DNA of 64,000 nucleotides from a virus, in IMG/VR virus record IMGVR_UViG_3300017708_002392, positions 5,943 through 69,942 of that record, one strand, 5' to 3'. The position numbers were made by a program, and so were the translations under genes. Positions 37,101 to 47,672 of this stretch are shown in pieces. Every line of letters starts with the position of its first letter. Position 1 is the first letter of the stretch. The notes beneath the pieces were generated by a model. It had not been told where the DNA came from, did no database searches, and was given only the letters and a program-made list of their open reading frames with translations.

Positions 37101-40100
37101 ATGGCAGACAAAACCCCAGTAAGAGTAGTATTCGATTCGAGTAACGTAGCAACAGGACTCGCAGAATTCCAAACAGGCGAAACACTTGCTCTGTCACATG
37201 GTGGTACAGGAAGTGCCCTATCAATAGGTTTATCAGGACAAGTTCTACGTGTAAATGCCGCCAGAGATGCTTTGGAATTTGTCGATCCTGGAGACATAGA
37301 TATAATTGCATCATCAGATTCAACAGGGGTTCAAGTACAAGATGATTTAAATGTGTCAGGCACATTGAGCGTGAATGTAATAGATGTCAATGAAATATCA
37401 TCGGTAGATTCCACGGCGATCACAATCAAAGATGATCTCATGTTGGCAGGCACACTGCGGGCAGAAGACTCGGGCACAATCAGTATAGATGGTGCTGTTG
37501 AATCTTCAGGAGCAGTCACATCAGGTGGCATTGTAACAGCAACAGGATTCACTATAGGATCTGCTGTAATTAATGAAGCAGAACTAGAAACCATTGACGG
37601 AATCACAGCAGGTACAGTGACTGCCTCAAAAGCAATAGTGGTTGATTCCAACAAGGATATAGGTACCCTAAGAAATATCACGTCCGACGGCACAATTCAA
37701 TTTGGCTCATTGTCAGACGGTACAATTACTGTAACAGCTTTTGTTGATGAAGATGACATGTCATCCAATTCAGCAACATTGATTCCAACACAACAATCAG
37801 TGAAGGCATATGTTGATGCGAATGCAGGAGGCGGTACATTAAACGTGCTCGGCGATGATTCAACTGATATGGAAATTACACTTGGGACAGATAGATTGTT
37901 TTTCCAAGGTGGTACTAATGTTTCGACCTCAACTGATAGTGGAGCACAGATAACGATTTCAATTGCAGATGCTCCATCATTCAGTGGAGCAGTCACAGCC
38001 GCTGGATTCACTATTGGGTCAGCCGCAATAAATGAATCTGAACTAGAAACAATTGATGGAGTAACAGCAGGAACTGTGGCCGCAAGTAAAGCTGTAGTAG
38101 TTGACTCAAGCAAAGACATTGGCGACTTTAGAAATGTAACTGCAACTGGTTCATTTATAATTGGTTCTGCAGACATGAATGAAACTGATCTTGAAAAATT
38201 AGATGGAATAACCAATGGCACTGTGGCAGCTAATAAAGCAGTGGTTGTAGATGGAAACAAAGACGCTGGATCATTTAGAAACATTACAGCAACAGGCACA
38301 ATAACAACTGCAACCTTGGATGTAAATTCAATAAAGTCTACTGACTCAACAAATATTAGAATAGATGAAGGTTTAGATGTTGTAGGCGGTCTGTTTATAT
38401 CTGAAATCAATGCTATTGATTCAAGTGCAATCGAAGTCAACGAAGCCACTAACTTTAATGCCAATGTTGTTGTGAAAGCAGATGTAGAAGCAACTGGTTC
38501 ATTTATTATTGGTTCTGCATCAATGAATGAAACTGATCTTGAAAAACTGGATGGCATCACAAATGGTACTGCCGCGGCAAACAAGGCAGTTGTGTTAGAT
38601 GGATCAAAAGATATTGGCACATTAGGAGCTGTCACTGCAACATCATTTGTAATTGGCTCTGCTGATATTAACGAAACTGACCTTGAGAAAATAGATGGCA
38701 TAACAAATGGCACAGTGGCGGCAAGTAAAGCTGTTGTGGTAGATTCAAACAAAGACGCAGGATCATTTAGAAATATAACAGCCACTGGCACAGTAACCAC
38801 AGCAACACTGGATGTGAATTCAATCAAATCAACTGATTCATCCAACATACGCATTGATGAAGGACTTGATGTTGTTGGTGGATTGTTTGTATCAGAGATT
38901 AATGCGATTGATTCCAGTGCAATTGAAGTGAATGAAGTTACTAACTTTAATGCCAATGTTGTTGTCAAAGCAGATGTAACAGCCACTGGATCATTTATTA
39001 TTGGCTCTGCGTCAATGAATGAAACTGATCTTGAAAAACTGGATGGCATCACAAACGGTACGGTAGCGGCAAACAAAGCTGTTGTTGTCGATGGCAACAA
39101 AGATGCAGGATCATTTAGAAATATAACAGCCACAGGAGCAACAACTAGTGGAACTTTTGTTATTGGAAGTGCGGACATTAACGAAGCAGATCTAGAACAA
39201 ATTGACGGACTGACAGCAGGAACAGTTACAGCAAGTAAAGCTGTTGTGGTAGATTCAAACAAAGATATTGGTACATTCAGAAACTTAACTGCAAGTGGCA
39301 ATGGAGAATTTGGCGGCAATTTACAAGTTGGTGGCAACCTTACAGTATCAGGAACACAGACGTCAGTCAACACAACAAATTTAGAAATACAAGATGCACT
39401 GCTAGAACTTAACAAAAACAATTCAGGTGGTGCTGATGTTGATGCTGGTATATTTGTACAACGTGGATCAGCAGGCAATAATGCTGTGTTGTATTGGAAC
39501 GAGGGAGATGACACATTCAAAGCGGTGCTATCAAACTCGGCTGCCACAGCAACATCAGTTACTGATTCATCTTTTGCAGGATTAGAAGTTGGATCATTAA
39601 CAATCAACGGTGGAATGTCTTTTACACATGACGGCGGAGACGTAACTATTGCAAATGCTACATCCAACAAAGATTTATTATTCACTGTGAATGATGGTGG
39701 CTCTGCCACAGAAGTGTTTAGATTAGACGGTGACGTTTCAGCATTACTAGTTGCATCAGGAAAAGAATTACAGTTTGCAGATTCCGGAGAAAAAATATCT
39801 GGAGATGGCACAGACTTAACAATAGCATCAGGAGCCAAAATAAATTTAAATGCAACGTCAGATATTCATATTCCAAATGATGTTGGAATTGTGTTTGGTG
39901 GTGCGTCGGAAAAAATCGAAGGTGATGGAACTGACTTGGTCATTTCAGCAAACAATCTCACAATAGATGCCGCGGCAGATATTGTATTAGACGCCGCCGG
40001 AAATGATTTTAACTTTAAAGCAAACGGTACAGAAATATTAAGAATAACAAACTCATCAAGTGATGTTATTATTCGACCAGTTGTTGATGCGAAAGATATA

Positions 40101-42662
40101 ATATTTCAACAAAGAGATGGCACAGAAGTTGCAAGAGTAGAAGACAACGGCACATTCAATGTTGTTACAAGCAAGTTAGCAATCAATGGAACAGCAATTA
40201 CATCAACTGCCGCGGAACTTAATGCACTAGCTGGTATCACTGCTGTTGTTGGTGAACTTAATGCCCTAGATATAGGTAGTACCGCTGTTGGAACTGCCGT
40301 TGCATCTAAGGCCGTAATACTAGATTCAGATAAAGATTACACTGGTATCAGAAACTTAACTGTTACTGGTTCGTTTATAATTGGATCAGCTGACATGAAT
40401 GAAACCGATCTTGAAAAATTAGACGGTATCACAAATGGAACAGCGGCAGCTAATAAAGCAGTGGTTGTAGATGGAAATAAAGATATAGGTACTCTAAGAA
40501 ATATTACATCCAATGGCACAATACAATTTGGTTCATTGTCAGATGGAACTATAACAGCCACAGCATTTGTTGATGAGGATGATATGTCTTCCAATTCTGC
40601 TACACTTATTCCAACACAACAATCTGTAAAAGCATACGTTGATAGTGAAGTAGGCGGAGTCAGTGGCGGATCAAGTACAATTAACATTGTTGGTGACGAT
40701 TCAACTGACATGGAACTCACACTTGGCACCGATAGACTATTCATTGCTGGTGGCACTAATGTTTCTACGTCTACTGGTAGTAGTTCGCAGATAACAATTT
40801 CAGTTGCTGATGCACCTACATTTAGTGGAGCAGTCACAGCTGCTGGATTCACAATTGGTTCTGCCGCAATAAATGAATCAGAACTTGAAACAATCGACGG
40901 AGTAACAGCAGGCACAGTGGCGGCAAGTAAAGCTGTTGTGGTAGATTCAAACAAAGACGCAGGATCGTTTAGAAATATTACAGCCACGGGAGCAACAACC
41001 AGTGGCACTTTTGTTATTGGATCTGCTGATATCAACGAAGCAGATTTAGAACAGATTGATGGACTAACAGCAGGAACAGTCACAGCCAGCAAGGCAGTTG
41101 TTGTTGATTCAAACAAAGATATTGCTTCATTCCGAAATATTACATTGACAGGTGAACTAGATGCAGGATCATTGGATGTGTCAGGTAATGCTGATATAGA
41201 CGGTACACTAGAAGCAGATGCAATCACAGTAAATGGTACATCACTAGCTGAAACAATTCAAGACACTGTGGGTGCTATGGTAAGTTCTAATACTGAATCA
41301 GGTATCACTGTTGCTTATCAAGACAGTGACGGCACTTTAGACTTTACAGTTGGTACACTGAACCAAGACACAACAGGTTCGGCAGCTACTTTGACAACTG
41401 CAAGAAATATTGGTGGCGTCAGTTTTGATGGTAGTGGAAATATTGATTTACCTGGAGTAAACAGTGCTGGTAATCAAAATACAAGTGGAACAGCCGCAAT
41501 AGCAACCACGGTCACAGTAAGTGACAACGAAAGTACAAATGAAAATAATGTGATTCTGTTTGCGGCAGGAGCCGCAGGATCAGGTAACCTTGGCGTTGAA
41601 GCTGACGGCAACATGACATACAATCCGAGTACAGGCAAAATTACTGCCACAGGATTTATAGGTGCTTTGACTGGTGATGTCACAGGTGATGTTACAGGTA
41701 ATGCCGACACAGCAACAGCTTTAGCCACAGCAAGAAACATAGCTGGCCAATCATTTGATGGTACTGGCAATATTTCAATTGCACCAACAGATTTAACAAG
41801 TGTGACAGCTGTTGCTGGTGAAATCAATGCACTAGACCTAGGCAGTACTGCGGTTGGAAATGCTATTGCTAACAAAGCTGTTATTTTAGATTCCAACAAA
41901 GATTACACTGGTTTAAGAAATGTTACACTATCAGGTGAACTTGATGCAGGAAGTTTAGATGTATCAGGTAATGCCGACATTGATGGTACATTGGAAGCAG
42001 ATGCAATCACAGTAAATGGTACATCTTTGGCAGATGTGATTGCAGGGACCACAGTGAACGTTGCCACACTAGCGACCACTGTGACTATCACAGACAACGA
42101 ATCAACCAATGAAAACAATGCTTTAATCTTTACAGCCGGCGGCGATACAGATGGTGGTAATCTTGGATTAGAATCAGATGGTACATGCACATATAATCCA
42201 AGCACAGGTAAAATCACTGCCACAGGATTCGTAGGTAACTTAACAGGAACGGCATCAGCCGCTCAATACTCTGACTTGGCAGAACGTTATCATGCTGATG
42301 CTGTGATGGAGAAAGGTGATGTGATTGAGATAGGTGGCGAAAATGAAATTACTAAATCTACACAAGCAATAAGTCCAGATGTGTTTGGTGTTATATCTCA
42401 TGAGGATCAAGCGGCATTCAAAATGAATGATGGACTTCCAGATGACACTCACCCACTAGTTGCATTGACTGGTAGAGCAGATGTCAAAGTGATAGGGCCG
42501 ATCGACAAAGGTGACAGACTTGTTACATCATCTACACCAGGCGTTGCACGTAAGGCACTTATGTCAGAATGCACAGCATTCACAGTAATTGGTAGAGCAT
42601 TACAGGATAAAACTACTGAAGATGTAGGACTTGTTTTGTGTTATGTGACTGCTAAATCTTAG
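37101..42662 (+). CDS. long repetitive fibre protein with C-terminal intramolecular chaperone/autocleavage domain
   Basis: 1853 aa; about 12 copies of a ~48-aa repeat; C-terminal AQYSDLAERY...GVIS...VALTGR..VKV.GPI.KGD.LV.S..PG.A (Peptidase G2/IMC-like). Confidence 0.8.
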   Translation: MADKTPVRVVFDSSNVATGLAEFQTGETLALSHGGTGSALSIGLSGQVLRVNAARDALEFVDPGDIDIIASSDSTGVQVQDDLNVSGTLSVNVIDVNEISSVDSTAITIKDDLMLAGTLRAEDSGTISIDGAVESSGAVTSGGIVTATGFTIGSAVINEAELETIDGITAGTVTASKAIVVDSNKDIGTLRNITSDGTIQFGSLSDGTITVTAFVDEDDMSSNSATLIPTQQSVKAYVDANAGGGTLNVLGDDSTDMEITLGTDRLFFQGGTNVSTSTDSGAQITISIADAPSFSGAVTAAGFTIGSAAINESELETIDGVTAGTVAASKAVVVDSSKDIGDFRNVTATGSFIIGSADMNETDLEKLDGITNGTVAANKAVVVDGNKDAGSFRNITATGTITTATLDVNSIKSTDSTNIRIDEGLDVVGGLFISEINAIDSSAIEVNEATNFNANVVVKADVEATGSFIIGSASMNETDLEKLDGITNGTAAANKAVVLDGSKDIGTLGAVTATSFVIGSADINETDLEKIDGITNGTVAASKAVVVDSNKDAGSFRNITATGTVTTATLDVNSIKSTDSSNIRIDEGLDVVGGLFVSEINAIDSSAIEVNEVTNFNANVVVKADVTATGSFIIGSASMNETDLEKLDGITNGTVAANKAVVVDGNKDAGSFRNITATGATTSGTFVIGSADINEADLEQIDGLTAGTVTASKAVVVDSNKDIGTFRNLTASGNGEFGGNLQVGGNLTVSGTQTSVNTTNLEIQDALLELNKNNSGGADVDAGIFVQRGSAGNNAVLYWNEGDDTFKAVLSNSAATATSVTDSSFAGLEVGSLTINGGMSFTHDGGDVTIANATSNKDLLFTVNDGGSATEVFRLDGDVSALLVASGKELQFADSGEKISGDGTDLTIASGAKINLNATSDIHIPNDVGIVFGGASEKIEGDGTDLVISANNLTIDAAADIVLDAAGNDFNFKANGTEILRITNSSSDVIIRPVVDAKDIIFQQRDGTEVARVEDNGTFNVVTSKLAINGTAITSTAAELNALAGITAVVGELNALDIGSTAVGTAVASKAVILDSDKDYTGIRNLTVTGSFIIGSADMNETDLEKLDGITNGTAAANKAVVVDGNKDIGTLRNITSNGTIQFGSLSDGTITATAFVDEDDMSSNSATLIPTQQSVKAYVDSEVGGVSGGSSTINIVGDDSTDMELTLGTDRLFIAGGTNVSTSTGSSSQITISVADAPTFSGAVTAAGFTIGSAAINESELETIDGVTAGTVAASKAVVVDSNKDAGSFRNITATGATTSGTFVIGSADINEADLEQIDGLTAGTVTASKAVVVDSNKDIASFRNITLTGELDAGSLDVSGNADIDGTLEADAITVNGTSLAETIQDTVGAMVSSNTESGITVAYQDSDGTLDFTVGTLNQDTTGSAATLTTARNIGGVSFDGSGNIDLPGVNSAGNQNTSGTAAIATTVTVSDNESTNENNVILFAAGAAGSGNLGVEADGNMTYNPSTGKITATGFIGALTGDVTGDVTGNADTATALATARNIAGQSFDGTGNISIAPTDLTSVTAVAGEINALDLGSTAVGNAIANKAVILDSNKDYTGLRNVTLSGELDAGSLDVSGNADIDGTLEADAITVNGTSLADVIAGTTVNVATLATTVTITDNESTNENNALIFTAGGDTDGGNLGLESDGTCTYNPSTGKITATGFVGNLTGTASAAQYSDLAERYHADAVMEKGDVIEIGGENEITKSTQAISPDVFGVISHEDQAAFKMNDGLPDDTHPLVALTGRADVKVIGPIDKGDRLVTSSTPGVARKALMSECTAFTVIGRALQDKTTEDVGLVLCYVTAKS
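37540..41930 (+). repeat. coding repeats of the fibre gene
   Basis: Unit F.IGSA..NE.DLE..DG.T.GTV.A.KAVVVD.NKD...RN.T, 10 canonical and 2 variant copies; exact DNA duplications at 38709-38764=40911-40966 and 38520-38563=39012-39055. Confidence 0.9.
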
Positions 42663-43081
42663 ACTATCAAATCTAAAATAGTTTGTAATTTTGTTTCGAT
42701 TTGTTTATTTTGTAAAGTTTTCTTTACGCCTTCATGCAAAGGCAAAGGCCAAGCGTTTACACTGACCCATGCATAACCATTGTGTTCTATATTTAATTTT
42801 GGAACAAATTCTGTATCAACCACACAAACAAAAGTGTGAAATTTAAATCTTGTGTCTTTGGAAACAAATAATTCTAACGGAATAGTTTTTGATATTGTTG
42901 GTTGAAAGCCTATCTCTTCGACAATTTCTCGTTGTAGACCTTGCCACGGAGTTTCTGTTTCGTGTGTTGAACCGCCAACCATACCCCATGTACCTTTTTG
43001 TTTTTGTTGTCTATGTAAAAATAAAAATCGTTTTGATGATTTTGCGTAGAACAAACAACCAGAAGCTGTGATTTCACTCAT
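42659..43081 (-). CDS. NUDIX hydrolase
   Basis: WGMVGG...TETPWQGLQREIVEEIG Nudix box; LNIEHNGYAW. Confidence 0.9.
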   Translation of the reverse strand: MSEITASGCLFYAKSSKRFLFLHRQQKQKGTWGMVGGSTHETETPWQGLQREIVEEIGFQPTISKTIPLELFVSKDTRFKFHTFVCVVDTEFVPKLNIEHNGYAWVSVNAWPLPLHEGVKKTLQNKQIETKLQTILDLIV

Positions 43082-43096
43082 GTAATATTTTATGCT

Positions 43097-44590
43097 TTAA
43101 AATGTAATAGACCAAGTTCCTGGCTCGTAAAAACCTTCGTAGGATTTAACCCACACAGACCCTGTCCATTTGTATTGAATACCAGTTGTGATATTGGTTA
43201 CATATTGCACTTTGGTAAAACTACTGTCACCACCGGTCATGCCTCGTGTGCTGTCGACAAATGTAGATGAATCGAGCAAACCTGTGCCTAATTGAGTAGA
43301 ATCGTCAAAGTTAGCATTAAAATCAACAATCCATTCTGAACCTACTTTTTCAACAATATCATTTGCTTCAGCAACTAAATTGCCCCATGGGGTAGTTTTA
43401 TTTGCTGTCTCTGTCAGTCTGTCACCTATGTCTTCTGTAAGCAAGTATCTTGTTCCGGCCGGAGCACCTGTTGGATTAAATCTTGTAGGATTTATTACGG
43501 CATCAACAGCATTAATAGTGTTGGTTGGAGTTGTATCTTCGTCGATAGTAATCAACATTGTGAATTCATCTTGTGGGTCTAATGCAATAGTGCCTGTCAC
43601 TTCTACAATTATGTCATCACCATTTATAGTGGTTGCTGATTGTTGTAATTGTATAGTGGATAAGCCACCTCTAAATTCTTTAGAATACAGTGCTTCAAGA
43701 GCCAGCCAATTTGTTTTAGTGCCATATTGTGTATCAGCTTTGAACACAAGATTATCACGGTTATCGGTGTGTGATGTTTTACTGCCCATCTGTCCTAGTA
43801 GTGTTACTCTATTACCTAACACAAGCAAAGCATATTGTCCTGGAGTAACAAATTGTCTAGAAATTAAACTTTCACCTAATATACCATCAACATCAACAGT
43901 GCCTGCTTCTTCATCATATATACTCATAATAATTTTTTCTATCACACCTAACTTTTTCAATTTGGCAGGAGGTGATATAAAAATAGGGGTGCGGAAATCT
44001 AGTGTTGCTACATCAATATCGTCTGCTATACCTGCCGGTATTGCTCTAGATGAAAAATTAATATTTGTCAATTCTACAAAAGACAAAGACGTCCAGTCTA
44101 AAAAATTATCAGTAGTCTGTAATTCTAATGCTGGATTGAATAGGACTAATATTTGTTCTAGTATTTGCAGTTTTTGATCTGTGTTGGTAGAAAAAATATC
44201 AGCTCTAAAAGACAACTCGAATGGCGTAGGCATAATTCTTTCAATGGTGTGTGCTTGTCCTGGCTCACCAGTGTATTGTTCTGTGACCGGATCAAATGCT
44301 CTTTCACGTATGTGCTTCTTGTCTATGTGATATGGATTGTACATTCTTTCTCTGTCATATCTCATATCCGTTATATAACAAGAAATTTGTGGTGCTGGAA
44401 TCAGTGTATTCTCTGATCCTTTTCTAATAATTTGTGCTACCTGTTTGCTCATGTCTCCATATTTGACCGGCACTTGCAAAGTTTCAGATACACCTTTAGA
44501 ATTTTTACCTGTCACATATGAAAAGTTACTCATCATACGGATAAATTGTAGAATGTATCGTCTTATTTGAGCATCGTAAAAGTGTTGCAT
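43097..44590 (-). CDS. gp15: tail sheath stabiliser/tail terminator with C-terminal extension
   Basis: HFYDAQIRRY, VPVKYG, MPTPF.L....I...NTDQKLQILEQI..LFNP; next to gp14 and gp13. Confidence 0.85.
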   Translation of the reverse strand: MQHFYDAQIRRYILQFIRMMSNFSYVTGKNSKGVSETLQVPVKYGDMSKQVAQIIRKGSENTLIPAPQISCYITDMRYDRERMYNPYHIDKKHIRERAFDPVTEQYTGEPGQAHTIERIMPTPFELSFRADIFSTNTDQKLQILEQILVLFNPALELQTTDNFLDWTSLSFVELTNINFSSRAIPAGIADDIDVATLDFRTPIFISPPAKLKKLGVIEKIIMSIYDEEAGTVDVDGILGESLISRQFVTPGQYALLVLGNRVTLLGQMGSKTSHTDNRDNLVFKADTQYGTKTNWLALEALYSKEFRGGLSTIQLQQSATTINGDDIIVEVTGTIALDPQDEFTMLITIDEDTTPTNTINAVDAVINPTRFNPTGAPAGTRYLLTEDIGDRLTETANKTTPWGNLVAEANDIVEKVGSEWIVDFNANFDDSTQLGTGLLDSSTFVDSTRGMTGGDSSFTKVQYVTNITTGIQYKWTGSVWVKSYEGFYEPGTWSITF

Positions 44591-44591
44591 A

Positions 44592-45740
44592 TTAGTTGTC
44601 CGCTTGTGGTTTCAATAGTTTACTTAACGCAACACGTTCATTGGTTGTGGTAGAACCATCTTCTAATGTGGTTGTGTTTGTGTTGTTTATGAACCCAGTT
44701 TTGTGAGTATCACGTGTGTTAGTCTGTGTCATTGTCATTCTTACATTATCTTCTATTTTCACAAATCTTCTCCCATCAAATCTAAAAAGTCTGTTTGGTG
44801 AATAATCAGTACGCAAGAAAAACATACCCTCAACTGGTTGTGCAGGGAATGAGGTACCAAACGTATATGTTTCACCATTAGCAGGAATACCATCTCCAGT
44901 AAGATAACCTTCGATATATCCCTTGCTATCCGGAGTTTGGTATACTTTGTCCACGTTAATATGTCCGGTATCTGTTTTGACATCGTCATCAACAGTTACT
45001 AATGCAACCTTGCCTTCTTCGTCTGTAGGCATCACATGTAATTGTTTTGTATTGTATCCGGATAATGGTGCATCAGTTTCTGCTTGTGTTACTATTGCAT
45101 CATTGATTTCTAATTCTTTATCTCTTGTTTTTTGATCAGTATTTTCATCTTTGTCACCTAGTATATCTCTAAATTCTTGTGCGTCTGTGATTCCTTTTAC
45201 TCTAACTCTGTACAAGTGTGGCCACCATGTTCTTGAGAAACCTTCTGATGCTCTGCTGACATCTTCTACCACATAATATCGTTTCAATGTTTCTGTGTCA
45301 GTTTCATCCAGCGAATGATCATCTTTCAAGTGTGGCAACTCAATTACATCACCCGACATAATTTTTCTGCCTAATGCTTCCACAATGTCTTTGATGTGGA
45401 ATGTCATGAATAATTGGTCGTTTTGCAAGAATAGACCAAACTGTGACAGGTCAAAATCTATGTCTGACACATTGTATATCACTCTTGTATGATACACATC
45501 GGGATCATATTTTCTGTCTCTATTTTCTAAGAACAACATGTCTTGTATAGCTAGTTCATTAAGGCTGTCACCTGATCGTTGTGGTTGTGTTGCATCTTCA
45601 GATGTGCCTTGATCATTGGGGGAAATGTATTTGTGTATGTAGGCATCTGTGCCGCCTATCTGAAACATTTCAGATATGTTACGATCTAAGAAAGCATAAT
45701 CATTACCTTTTTCTGGTTTGAATAGTGATAGTCTAGGCAT
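44592..45740 (-). CDS. gp14: neck/head-closure protein
   Basis: MPRLSL..PEKGNDY, LENRDRKYD, DLSQFGLFL..D.LF.TFH, GDVIELPHL. Confidence 0.8.
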   Translation of the reverse strand: MPRLSLFKPEKGNDYAFLDRNISEMFQIGGTDAYIHKYISPNDQGTSEDATQPQRSGDSLNELAIQDMLFLENRDRKYDPDVYHTRVIYNVSDIDFDLSQFGLFLQNDQLFMTFHIKDIVEALGRKIMSGDVIELPHLKDDHSLDETDTETLKRYYVVEDVSRASEGFSRTWWPHLYRVRVKGITDAQEFRDILGDKDENTDQKTRDKELEINDAIVTQAETDAPLSGYNTKQLHVMPTDEEGKVALVTVDDDVKTDTGHINVDKVYQTPDSKGYIEGYLTGDGIPANGETYTFGTSFPAQPVEGMFFLRTDYSPNRLFRFDGRRFVKIEDNVRMTMTQTNTRDTHKTGFINNTNTTTLEDGSTTTNERVALSKLLKPQADN

Positions 45741-45784
45741 ATAACATATTTACCGTCCTTATCAATACGCCTATAAATAGTAGT

Positions 45785-46570
45785 ATGGCAGACACAGCAC
45801 TATCCCAAGCAACCAATAATCAGATCAATGCGGCCAAGCAAGAAATCTATGATTATGTGAAAATACGTTTGGGTGACGGAATGGTTGAAGTAGAACTAGA
45901 TCCTAAGCATCTCGAAAACGCATTCATCACAGCAGTTGATAGGTTCAGACAACGTTCTTCCAATTCTGCAGAAGAATCATATGGTTTTCTAGAGTTACAG
46001 AAAGATCAAACAGAATACACAATGCCAGCTGAAGTTATACACGTCAGTAGAATTTACAGAAGAACAGTAGGTGGAGCATCATCGACAGAGGGTGGATCTA
46101 CATTTGATCCTTTTGAGTTGGCATACACCAACATATATTTGTTGCAGACAGGACGTATCGGAGGACTAGCAACATATGATATGTTTGCAGGATACCAAGA
46201 GTTGGTTGCAAGAATGTTTGGTGGATTTATCAATTTCAAATATGACCAACCTACAAGACGATTACAGATATTTAGGCGACAAAAGTCAGCTGAAACTGTA
46301 TTGATTGAACAATACAATCATAGGCCAGACTTTATATTGCTAACTGACATATATGCAAAACCTTGGATCAGAGATTATACTTTAGCCATAGCGAAGTTTA
46401 CCCTAGGTGAAGCAAGATCTAAGTTTTCAACCATTGCTGGTCCACAGGGAGGCGGGCAATTAAATGGTGATGCACTCAAGGCAGAAGCACAAAATGAGAT
46501 GCAGATATTAGATCAACAAATAGGAAACTATCAAGAAGGTGGCACACCACTTTCATTCACAATAGGCTAA
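45785..46570 (+). CDS. gp13: neck protein
   Basis: RLGDGMVEVELD, PWIRDYTLA.AK..LGEARSKF....GP.GG..LNG. Confidence 0.88.
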   Translation: MADTALSQATNNQINAAKQEIYDYVKIRLGDGMVEVELDPKHLENAFITAVDRFRQRSSNSAEESYGFLELQKDQTEYTMPAEVIHVSRIYRRTVGGASSTEGGSTFDPFELAYTNIYLLQTGRIGGLATYDMFAGYQELVARMFGGFINFKYDQPTRRLQIFRRQKSAETVLIEQYNHRPDFILLTDIYAKPWIRDYTLAIAKFTLGEARSKFSTIAGPQGGGQLNGDALKAEAQNEMQILDQQIGNYQEGGTPLSFTIG

Positions 46571-46599
46571 TTGACACATTACATATATTATTGTATAAT
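46571..46599 (+). promoter_or_regulatory. sigma70-type promoter (probably leaderless)
   Basis: TTGACA-17-TATAAT, 6 nt before ATG 46606. Confidence 0.75.
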
Positions 46600-46605
46600 G
46601 TGAGC

Positions 46606-47196
46606 ATGATCATAGGAGTATGCGGATTAATTGGTTCAGGTAAAGACACAATCGCAGAACATCTTATTAAACAGCACAAATTTCACAAGACATCATTTGC
46701 AGACAAACTGAAAGACGCAGTTGGTTCTATGTTTGATTGGGACCGTGACATGCTAGAAGGCAAAACAGAACCCAGCAGACAGTGGCGAGAACAACCAGAT
46801 CCATTCTGGACTGAGGAAGCAGGGTTTGATGTATCGCCGAGATATTTGCTACAAAGGTTCGGAACTGAATGTATGCGGGAAGGATTTTTTGATGGCATTT
46901 GGGTAAGTTTGACCAAGAAGAAAATATTAGATAATCCTGACATAAGTTGGGTGATTCCTGATGTAAGATTTCCAAATGAGATATCTATGATTAGAAACAT
47001 AGGCGGACAAATTTGGAGAGTGCAACGAGGTGCAGATCCTGACTGGGTCCACGACTATGTTGAAGGGAACAAAGAACCTAACGGTGTGCATCCTTCCGAA
47101 TGGAGATGGTTAAATGAACCATATGATGCCTTGATCCAAAACAATGATACTATTGATGCATTACAAGAAGATGTTGATAGTCTTTTAGGATTTTAG
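46606..47196 (+). CDS. gp1: deoxynucleoside monophosphate kinase
   Basis: MIIGVCGLIGSGKDT, SFADKLKD, PRYLLQ.FGTE, DVRFPNE, HPSE; start moved to the ATG at 46606. Confidence 0.93.
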   Translation: MIIGVCGLIGSGKDTIAEHLIKQHKFHKTSFADKLKDAVGSMFDWDRDMLEGKTEPSRQWREQPDPFWTEEAGFDVSPRYLLQRFGTECMREGFFDGIWVSLTKKKILDNPDISWVIPDVRFPNEISMIRNIGGQIWRVQRGADPDWVHDYVEGNKEPNGVHPSEWRWLNEPYDALIQNNDTIDALQEDVDSLLGF

Positions 47197-47558
47197 TTAT
47201 CGGCAATCAAATCGCCCTGACGCCAGCCTTGTTTTTTTACATGTAGCAATCGATTACAATTTGCACACACAGTTTTTAGGTTGCTTGTGTTGTTGTTACT
47301 CATGTTGCCATCTACATAATGTACATCCAGCTGATATGGATGTTGTGCATTGAACCCACACATTTCGCAACTGTTACTTTTTGTATATCCTGAACGTTGC
47401 CACGCAGGTGTTGATATTGTAGATGAATTAGATTTTCTTATACATGAGTCACATTTTTTTCTGTAATAAATTTTGTCACCACGGCGATAATTGTATGCCG
47501 CAGGCTTACTATTACATTCTTGACACAATGGTCTTGTTTGCTTTTTATCATTAAACAC
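47193..47558 (-). CDS. Zn-finger/HNH-like protein
   Basis: Likely GTG start at 47558, 5 nt after TAAATA; several CxxC pairs; LDVHYVDGN..NN..SNLKTVCANC HNH-like motif. Confidence 0.75.
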   Translation of the reverse strand: MFNDKKQTRPLCQECNSKPAAYNYRRGDKIYYRKKCDSCIRKSNSSTISTPAWQRSGYTKSNSCEMCGFNAQHPYQLDVHYVDGNMSNNNTSNLKTVCANCNRLLHVKKQGWRQGDLIADN

Positions 47559-47672
47559 GCATATATTTATGTGCACCTTTCCGGTGCTCTTTAAATATGG
47601 CAATTTTCGTGTATATAAATCAGTCCTATTAGGTAAATATTCATAACGAATGTTTTTAAGGAGTAAAACAAA

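Noticed and set aside
37540-41930. DNA repeats considered as a CRISPR array or DGR template/variable repeats
   Set aside because: They are in-frame coding repeats with synonymous variation, no unique spacers and no adenine-specific mismatch pattern; no cas or reverse transcriptase gene is in the window.
37331-42452. Long antisense ORFs (713 aa, 296 aa and others) opposite the fibre gene; similar ones opposite the tape measure, gp15 and sheath genes
   Set aside because: Shadow frames produced by the codon bias of the real genes; no promoters, SD sites or recognisable motifs.
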